64,000 bases of DNA. Origin: Octopus bimaculoides. Lineage: Eukaryota. The stretch covers positions 29,270,483 through 29,334,482 of the forward strand of contig NC_069000.1 in NCBI RefSeq assembly GCF_001194135.2, written 5' to 3'. Shown in pieces: positions 53,154 to 64,000 of this stretch (positions are counted from its first letter, which is position 1; each line of letters starts with the position of its first letter). The notes under the pieces are model-generated. The model was not told the DNA's origin and did not search any database. It saw nothing but the letters and a program-made list of their open reading frames with translations. The position numbers were made by a program, and so were the translations under genes.

Positions 53154-53387
53154 CTACATGCGTGTGTATCTTTGTGTCTGTGTTTGTCTCCACCATCACC
53201 ACTTGACAACCAGTGTTGGTGTGTTTACATCCTTGTAGTTTAATGGTTCAGCAAGAGAGGCTGATAAAATAAGTACTACACTTAAAAGATAAGTCCTGAA
53301 GTCGATTTATATGAATAAGACCCCTTGATGTGGTGCTCCAGCATGGCCACAATCAAATGACTGAAACAAGTAAAAGAATAAAAGAAT
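52951..53387 (+). mobile_element. CORE-type SINE in the last cic intron (antisense to cic)
   Basis: Same head, body and tail as 16129-16508. Confidence 0.8.
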
Positions 53388-53431
53388 ATTGCCAGCGTCC
53401 ACTTAATGTCATCAGTAACAATACCCCCTCA

Positions 53432-53680
<249 letters not shown>

Positions 53681-54199
53681 TTATATTTGCCACCAGGGTA
53701 ATGTATGAGGGGGATGATACAAAGAGAGACATGAAGTCTGTCTTTGTAGACATGAATTTGTGTGTGTTGGGAGGGGTTATACTAAATCAAATGAGTAAAA
53801 ATTAAATGATTAAAAGTATACATGATGTAATTCTCCTGATACAGGATGACCTCTATCCAGAGCCATTCAAGGAATCCCATCATCAAAGATCGCCTTGAAT
53901 ACCAACGGCAAATACCATCTCTAATTGTCCATTCATCCACTCTTGCTATCTTCATAATTTTCATCCATCTTTCAATAAATTCACTTTAGGACAGTACCTT
54001 TTTCTCCAATCTCATCTTCCCTTTTAAGTAAAACTTGTGAAAATCAATGACGGATTGACCGAGGATAGTGCATGAATTATCCACTACACAAACTCTTTAG
54101 CTACAGCCACCAGACAAGAAAACTTCCATCCCTGCCTGGTTAAAAGAAGTGGCAGAACAATCATCCCAATGTTAAATCTGTCCCACACATGACAGCAAT

Positions 54200-55070
54200 G
54201 TAACTTTGCAAATCAACAATGCCAGGATACTGAACAAGAGCATACAAAATGCTTTCTGCATCTCTGCATGCACCTAGAACAGGCTCATCTAATGGCACTT
54301 CCATGCCTGTAAAATTTATCTCAAACCATTCGAGCTCCACAGTAGCATCACCAGGACAAGGACCTCTAGAAGTTGCCCATAACAATCTCCATCTTGAAAG
54401 AGCTCCAAAACAGACCAGCCAGTTCAATTTTACTGATGCTCAAAATTTTTCCAAGAACATCATTGTTCTTTCCCTCCACTAACCATCTATAGATTGCCAG
54501 TGTGGGACAGGGCAGTGAGCACCTAATGACATGCAAGAAGCCAGGGGCTCAGTCTGGCTTCAAAACAACACCACCAAAGAGACAAGCTGCAGAAAGATGT
54601 ACCTCATGAATGGCCACTAAACATGCTCACTGCCCAGGAATCTCGGCAGGTGGGGAAGTGTGAACATGTGCCTGTGCATCAGCATCTACAGCATGCTCAG
54701 CTTACTGTGCAGAGGGTGCTGGTAAGAGATGGACAGCTGATTAGTGAAACATGTCCCTTTCACAAAAAACCAAAGAGCAGATTCTTCAGTATTTTTTCTG
54801 AGTGAGACTGATCAATTTTCTTGTTACATTGTCCCAGTACTGGTCCTCCTGCAAGTTGGAACTGAACCAGATCCTGAGCATTTTAAAATGATCTGTTGAT
54901 CCAACCTCTTACAACTTGTCTCTCCCAGTTACTGAGCTACAAGTTCACCAACTTCTTCAAGTTGATTTTTGCTCCTCCATGCCTTGTATTCCTTCAGAAT
55001 GATGTTGATCCTCACTACTTGGGAAGTGTCCAACAGCATGATGTTGATAACATCCGTTGACATGGCCCTC
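54200..55070 (-). mobile_element. L1/Tx1-like LINE fragment in cic intron
   Basis: The minus strand at 54800-54910 is homologous by eye to 25725-25820 of the L1/Tx1 copy. Confidence 0.5.
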
Positions 55071-55830
55071 CCTCAATTCATAACATACTTTGTATAATAG
55101 TAGTCATCATAGTCATCATCAGCTTTTAATATCCATCTTGCATGAAAGGTTTGACAGGAGACGATGGCTCTGAAGACTGCATTGTACCCTAATGTTTGCT
55201 TTGGTATGATTTCTGTAGCTGGATGCTCCTCCTAATCTCCACCACTTCACAGAATGCACTAAGTGCATTTTTTTTGAGGCACTGGCATTAGTGAAGTTAC
55301 CATGTAACTCAAAAAACTAAGATCTCCTTCAAATGAATGTAGCTACAGTAGAGGAGGTGGCTTTATGTCAGATGATGATAGGTTAAAGTATAAAAGAAGG
55401 GACCAGAACAGCTACTTGCATTAAGTGGGAGTAATTGGGGTGGAGCTGGAAAGTGGTGATGAGGTACCAACTTGGACCCTCAAGATACAGGGAGTAAGTG
55501 GGGACAGAAGAACAAAAAGTATGAGTGGGTAAAGGTTTCAAGTGTGTATAGGGAGAATAAGAACTCATAAAAAATGAGGCAGGGGTGATGCAGTGAATAT
55601 AATGAATGAAGAAAAATAGTTGAGGGATGAATAATTGCAGAAATAAGGTTGCAGTTGACTTCCATTTCTCCCATTGCTAAACTGGTTCTTATGCCATTGA
55701 TCCTCAATGGAAGAAAAGCAAAGTTGACTCTAGCAGGGGGATTTGAACTCAAAACATGTAACTAAATACTGCAAATCATTTATCTGCCATTCTCTTGTTC
55801 TGTCACCCAGAGAAATAATAATAATAATAA

Positions 55831-56910
55831 TCCTTTCTACTACAGGCACAAGGCCTGAAATTTGGGGGAGGGGGGACTAGCTGATTACACTGACCCCAGT
55901 ATTCCACTGGTACTTAACTTATCGACCCCAAAAGGATGAAAGGCAAAGTCAACTTTGGTGGAATTTGAACTCAGAACATAAAGATGGATGAAATCCCGCT
56001 AAACATCTTGCCCAGTGTGCTAACAATTCTGCCAGCTTGCCACCTTAATAATGATGATGATGATGATGATGATGACAATAATAATAGTAATAATAATGCT
56101 TTCTACTATAGGCACAAGGCCTGAAATTTGGGGGGAAGGGATTAGTCGATTAGATCAACCCCAGTGTTTCACTGGTACTTAATCCATCGACCCCAAAAGG
56201 ATGAAAAGCAAAGTTGACCATGGCAGAATTTAACTCAGAACATAAAGACAGATGAAATGCCACTAAGCAGCTTGCTTAACAGCAATTCGTGTCTTTCTGT
56301 TCTGAATTCAAATTCTGCCAGGGTTGACTTTACCTTTCATCCTTTGAGAGTTGTTAAAATAAGTAACAGTTGAGCACTGGGGTCAATGTAATCGACTAGC
56401 TCCTCCATCTACCCCAAAATTTCAGGCCTTGTGCATATAGTAGAAAGAATTATTATTATTATTATTATTAAGGCAGTGAGCTGGCAGAATCGTTAGCATG
56501 CTGGACGAAATGCTTAGTGGTATTTCACCTGTCACTACTTTCTGAGTTCAAATTCCACTGAGGTAGACTTTACCTTCCATCCTTTCGGGGTCAATAAGAT
56601 AAGTATCAGTTGAACACTGGGGTCGATGTAATTGACTCATCCCCTCCCCCAAAACTGCTGCCCTTGTAGCAAAATTTGAAACCATTTTTATTATTACTAT
56701 TATTCCTAATTTAGGCACAAGGCCAGCAATTTTAAGGAGAGGGGCTAATAAATTACATCAACCCCAGTACTAGATTGGTATTTCATTGACCCTAAAAGGA
56801 TGAAAACAAAGCTGACCTTAGCAGTATTTGAACTCAGAATGTAGAGAGCCAGAACAAAATACTGCAAGGTATTTTTTCCAGTGTTCTAATGGTTCTGTCA
56901 GCTCGCAATC
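55831..56910. mobile_element. Cluster of five tRNA-derived SINEs (orientations -,-,+,+,-)
   Basis: Each carries the gttcaaattcc B box and the cctttcatcctt...gtcgat...aagtaccag...actggggtcgat body. Copies at about 55831-56046, 56099-56269, 56273-56447, 56470-56684 and 56705-56910. Confidence 0.9.
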
Positions 56911-58090
56911 CTTAATCTGTAGTTTAGGAATCTCTGGAGAGATGAAAAGTGAAGTTGATCTCAACATGATTTGGACTTAGAAAGTAGAGCTGGAACAGAT
57001 GATGGAAGGCATTTGTGCAACACTTTAGTGCACACACATGCACGTCTTACCTCTCTTCCCCTTGATCTTCCTGTCTAGAGAAAGCTCTTTTCACTTCAGC
57101 TGTCCCCAACTCCCACATAATTTACTGCTGGAATTTACCATTTTGCCATTTTTGGACTCTTAGGACACCCTCCAACTTTGTAAAAATGTTTTCAAATGTT
57201 AGTTCTCTCCTCCATTATAAATCTTCTAAAAACTCTTACACCTACTTAAACCGCTTTTGCATATTTTTTGATTATCAGCTTCTATCTTCCAAGATGTTTT
57301 ACTAGTGTGTGTGTGTGTGTGTGTGTGTATTCATCAGCATTTTATTGAAAATGATTTTTTATCAATTTCTCCTGTTTTTTTTTTCTCTTCCCCACTCAAC
57401 ATTTTCTCTCTTATTCTCTGCCACCAATACAATATTTGTTAAAACTTAGCCCTCCTGTGTTGTCTTGTTTTAATTTATATTCACTTTTTCATAATATATA
57501 TATGTGTGTGTGTTGTTTAACTGCTGTTGTTTGCCCATTTGATACTGGTAGACAAAGAATGTGAGAAAATAGAAAATACCAAGACCTAAAACACATACTT
57601 CAGAGAATTTAGAATTGCCGTAATGTTGTTATTACTGCTTCTGTGTGGACATTTCTAACCTCATAACAGTTACAAGAAGTCTAAATGATGATTGAAGATG
57701 TTGGATATTGATGCTGTAGAAAGCCTGTTTGCTTGGCACATCAAGAACATTAAGAAAGGTGCTAAATACCAAAGGTTGCAATCCAATACCAGAAGAGCAA
57801 TAATGAAATGATGAACAGACGAATGGAATAAAAGTACTTTGTCATCTTTAAACAGAGATCACAGCTGTCAGTGAAGGAGCTTCTATGTAGTTCTTAGATT
57901 TATCTCAATACACATAGATACACAATCATGGTGCCATGTAGAAAGCACTTGTGCCAGTGCCACATGAAAGTGCTTGTGCCAATGGCATGTTAAAAACACC
58001 CAAACCAAGCCAAATCAGACCGGAACCTGGTACAGCTGCTCAGCTCTGTTCAAATTGTTCAACCCATGCCAGCATGGAAAACAGATGTTA

Positions 58091-58561
<471 letters not shown>

Positions 58562-58840
58562 TTAAAAAATGGATATTAAAATGAATTCAATGAATTGACC
58601 GACAGATCATGCTGATTGTATTGGGGGGNNNNNNNNNNNNNNNNNNNNNNNNNNNNNNNNNNNNNNNNGGGGGGGGGGGAGCGTGTTTATGATTTAGCAG
58701 TGGCTGCAATAAAGCTGCAATGGAGTCAGAAGTTGTGTTGTAGTGTAGTGAAAAACATCAGCAATAGTGATGCAGTAGAGTCAACAAAGACTGAGAAGAA
58801 GGAAACAAAACAAAAAAGACTCTCTCTTGCCATCAACTTA

Positions 58841-58993
<153 letters not shown>

Positions 58994-59146
58994 TCAAATA
59001 AGTCATATTGTAATCAACAATGAACAAGTGGTAATGATAATGATAATGATGGTGGTGGTGGAGATGACTGTATTGATGATGAGAGGTTAGGGTTAGGGTT
59101 ATGGTGGAGAGGATGATGGTAATCATTATGGCGATGATGGTGTTTA

Positions 59147-59464
<318 letters not shown>

Positions 59465-59530
59465 CTAGTTGGAGGCCTGTATTTTCATTGATACTACTAC
59501 TACTACTACTACTACTACTAATAATAATAA

Positions 59531-59611
59531 TGTCTGAATATTTTTTATTATACCCAAGGCACCTACTATCATAGTAGGTGCCTTAGGTATAATAAAAAAA
59601 ATATTCAGACA
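59531..59611. repeat. Near-perfect 81-bp palindrome
   Basis: tgtctgaatattttttattatacccaaggcacctactat-c-atagtaggtgccttaggtataataaaaaaaatattcagaca, with one mismatch and one single-base indel. Confidence 0.95.
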
Positions 59612-59911
59612 AATACATAACAAAAACACCAGGACTTACAAGTATATATAACATACAGAAAATTGCACTACTGGGCACTGCACACATCCTACGCAAAACA
59701 CTTTCAATACAGTAACCATAAGAGCATCACAGCAAACCACAGCACATACCCAAGGCACACAGAGCTGCGCTCGGTAGTGAAGTTAAAGCACGTTATAAAA
59801 ATAAATAATAATAGTAATAATGTTACTATATTGCTGTTGCTACTACTACTACTACTACTACTATTATTGCTATTGATGTTATCAGAACTATTGCTGTTGC
59901 CGCCAACACTG

Positions 59912-59942
<31 letters not shown>

Positions 59943-60339
59943 AAATATCACAACTGCTACTGCTAACAATCAATCCTGTTAATTCTGAAGAAGTGTTGAA
60001 ATTAATTTAAACTCAATCTCAAGACATTACTAGTTCTTTATTTTATCAATGCCAAAAGGATGAAAAGTAAAGTTGAACATAGCAGGATTTCAACTCAAAA
60101 TGTGAATGGACATGACTAAATATCACAGAGAATTTTTCCTCCTGTTTAACTTTCTTTTATCAATATCGAAAGGATGAAAAGAAAAGTTGACAAAAAGAGG
60201 ATTTGAACTCAGAATGTAAAATACCATAGCTAAATACCACAGGGTTTCATATAGTAATGATTTTGATAATCTACTGCCAAACTGTCCTCTACCACCACCA
60301 CTAACAACAATAACAATAACAATAACAGCAGCAGCAACA

Positions 60340-61450
60340 ACAATGATGACAGCTGCAGCTCCAAGATATAGCACTGGTGTGACAGAGTACAGAAGTGATG
60401 AATTTAAGGGGCTAGATAGGAAGACCAAGAAAATGACAACACTACAAGGGGCTCTGCACCCCAAAAGTGACTTGGGCAGGGTGTGTCTCTCATGATAGAG
60501 AGGAGGTAGAGGTCTTGTTAATTGTGAAATGTGTGTGAAATTTGAAGAAAATAATGGGGCATCATACGTAAAAAATACAAAAGAGGGATTGACAGTAGGA
60601 GTAAGAAAGATAGAAGTCCTAAGCAGTGATGAAGTAAAGGAAAATGGAGAATTTAAACAAGACAGACAGAATGACACCTTGAATAGATGGAAAGAAAAGA
60701 AATGTATGGTCGATTCTTGCAGGAAATGCTTGAAACAGTTGACAAAGATAAGATCTGGGAATGGACTAGGAAAAGCGACTTGAAAGTTGAAACTGAAGCC
60801 CTTATCTTCACAGCCCAAAAACAGGTACTGAGAACAAACTATATCAAGTTCAGTACTGCCAAGTAAGTGATTTTCCCATTTTGTAAGCTGTGTAGTGAGA
60901 AAGGTGAAACAATAAACCGTGTTATTTTTTAATGTAAGATGCTTGCACAAAAAGAGTACAAGAGAAGGTACGACAACATTACCAGATTGGTTCACTGGAA
61001 GTTCTGTCATAAGTATGACATGAGCAGAAGTGAGAAATGGTATGAACACTAACTGGGAAGGGTTGCTGAAAATGAACAATATAAGATCTTGTGGGACATG
61101 ACCATCATACCGTGGCCAGAAAACCTGACATTGTTGTTAGAAAAGAAGAAAACAATGATAATGGATATTGCTTCAATGTTGGGCTAAAGGGTGAATGAGA
61201 AGGAAAGTGAGTTAAGAAATATCAGGAGCTGAAGAGGGAAATCAGGAAACTATGAAGAATTGGGCACTTAAAAGTGGTACTGGTTGTGGTTGGTGCACTG
61301 GGGGCAATTAGTAAAAGGTTGAATGCATGGCTTGAGAAGCTAGGAATTATCATCAGAATGGAGCTGTTGCAAAAAAAAAAAAAAAAAACCAGCCTTGTTA
61401 GGAACACCAAGAATTCCAAGGAAGGTGTTAGAAAGTTGAAATGAGAATGA
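60340..61450 (+). mobile_element. Dong/R4-like retrotransposon 3' part (CCHC finger plus restriction-like endonuclease), antisense in cic intron
   Basis: Remnants LHPKSDLGR, ETEALIFTAQKQVLRTN, CKLCSEKGETI, ILWD, KPDIVV and VVVGALG. Confidence 0.8.
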
Positions 61451-62606
61451 CCCATTGAATACGGCTCACTCTTTATGTATAGTGTTGGTATAACATCTGT
61501 CAGAGCAAAAGCATCACAGATGATGATGATGATGATAATAATAATGGTTTCAAATTTTGGCACAAGGCCAGTAATTTTAAAGGTTGGGGTAAGTTAATAA
61601 CATCAACCCCCAATGTTCAACTGGTACTTATTTTATCAACCTCAAAAGGATGAAATGCCACTAAGCATTCTGCCTGGTGTGCTAACAGTTCTACCAATAA
61701 TAATAATAATCATTTCTTTATTAACCACTAGAATCAACAAGATTGCAAATGGTATAGGACACTAAGTGTTGGATTACATTGGAAAAAAAAAAATGATATG
61801 TAAATAACTAAAAAGAAATTCAAACAAAGAAAATTTTTCCTAAAGTGGGGAAGACCTCCAAGAGCTACTAGAAGCCTCACAATAACAAACTATGGTCACC
61901 TCAACACTAAAGCAAGCACCCTCTCTCACATGTTCTCCTCCACTCTACATGTACACGTGCAGAGCAGGCCTATTTATTTGAACCATGCTCACCACTCTCA
62001 TTCACCTTTCAACAAATTTACTGGAAGGCAGCACTTCCATCTCTACCCTCATCTTCTTTTTCAAGACAAACTTGTAAAGAAAGTTGTCAAGGGCTTGACC
62101 AAACAGGAAGGGTAGTAATTTTAAGAGGAGTGGGGGTGGGGTTTAGTTTATTACACCAACCTCAGTACATATAACTTTATTTTATTGACTTTGGAAGGAT
62201 GAAAGCCAAAGTTGACTCTGGTGGGATTTGAACTCAGAACGTAAAGAGTTCAAATAATTAGTATTTGGTATTTTCTCCAGCACTCTAATTAGTCTATCAA
62301 CTTACTGTTGCTGTAATTAATAATAACCATTTTAAATTTAGACTAGCATTTTGCGGGATGGGAATTAGCTGATACAATTGATCCCAGTACTGGTACTTTA
62401 ATTTATCCACCCTGGAGGGATGAAAGGCAAAGATAACTTCAATGAGAATTGAATCAAATACACTCTAATGGTTCTGTGAATCTAACTGTAAACCTTGTTG
62501 TCAATGAACTAAAATCAAAATCTGTAAGACAAAGTCTAAAACAAACTTGTAGCTATTTTTCAGTATCATTGGCTTTCACACTCACTCACACTTTATGGAC
62601 ATTTTA

Positions 62607-64000
<1,394 letters not shown>

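Noticed and set aside
58622-58679. Poly-G run as a G-quadruplex in a short cic intron
   Set aside because: Mostly an N gap, so the true length and sequence are unknown.
59086-59101. TTAGGG repeats
   Set aside because: Only two full units within a degenerate GAT/GGT tract, not a credible interstitial telomere.
60123-61079. 318-aa hydrophobic minus-strand ORF
   Set aside because: Antisense of the purine-rich Dong/R4 remnant, with no recognisable domain.

Overview
AT-rich, microsatellite- and retroposon-rich animal genomic DNA with about ten assembly gaps. The SINE/LINE families and repeat content fit a coleoid cephalopod, most likely Octopus (inference). The main gene is the 3' part of capicua (cic, HMG-box repressor) on the minus strand. 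I reconstructed six coding exons by hand, all with GT-AG sites and consistent phases: 62652->64000 (open past the window edge), 59288-59443, 58842-58987, 58237-58553, 53506-53649 and 50180-51018. They encode the conserved [16 protein letters not shown] block and the C1 domain ([57 protein letters not shown]). The HMG box lies outside the window. The most unusual signal is in the first visible cic exon: 35 in-register hexapeptide repeats ([DE]-R-Q-x-[ST]-hydrophobic), about 28 R-x-x-S/T basophilic kinase motifs across the exon, and a GluN2B-like LVRQHSID motif. I do not know such an array from vertebrate or fly CIC. The cic introns also hold a nested five-SINE foldback and a near-perfect 81-bp palindrome, both candidate dsRNA/ADAR substrates. 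A 139-aa degenerate EF-hand ORF lies at 18541-18960 (-). The rest of 1-33 kb is decayed transposons: RTE LINEs with a PHD-like finger inside the RT, L1/Tx1, Dong/R4, a Tc1 with perfect TIRs, a mariner, MITEs, SINEs and LTR-like fragments. All coordinates were derived by eye, and transposon boundaries are approximate.
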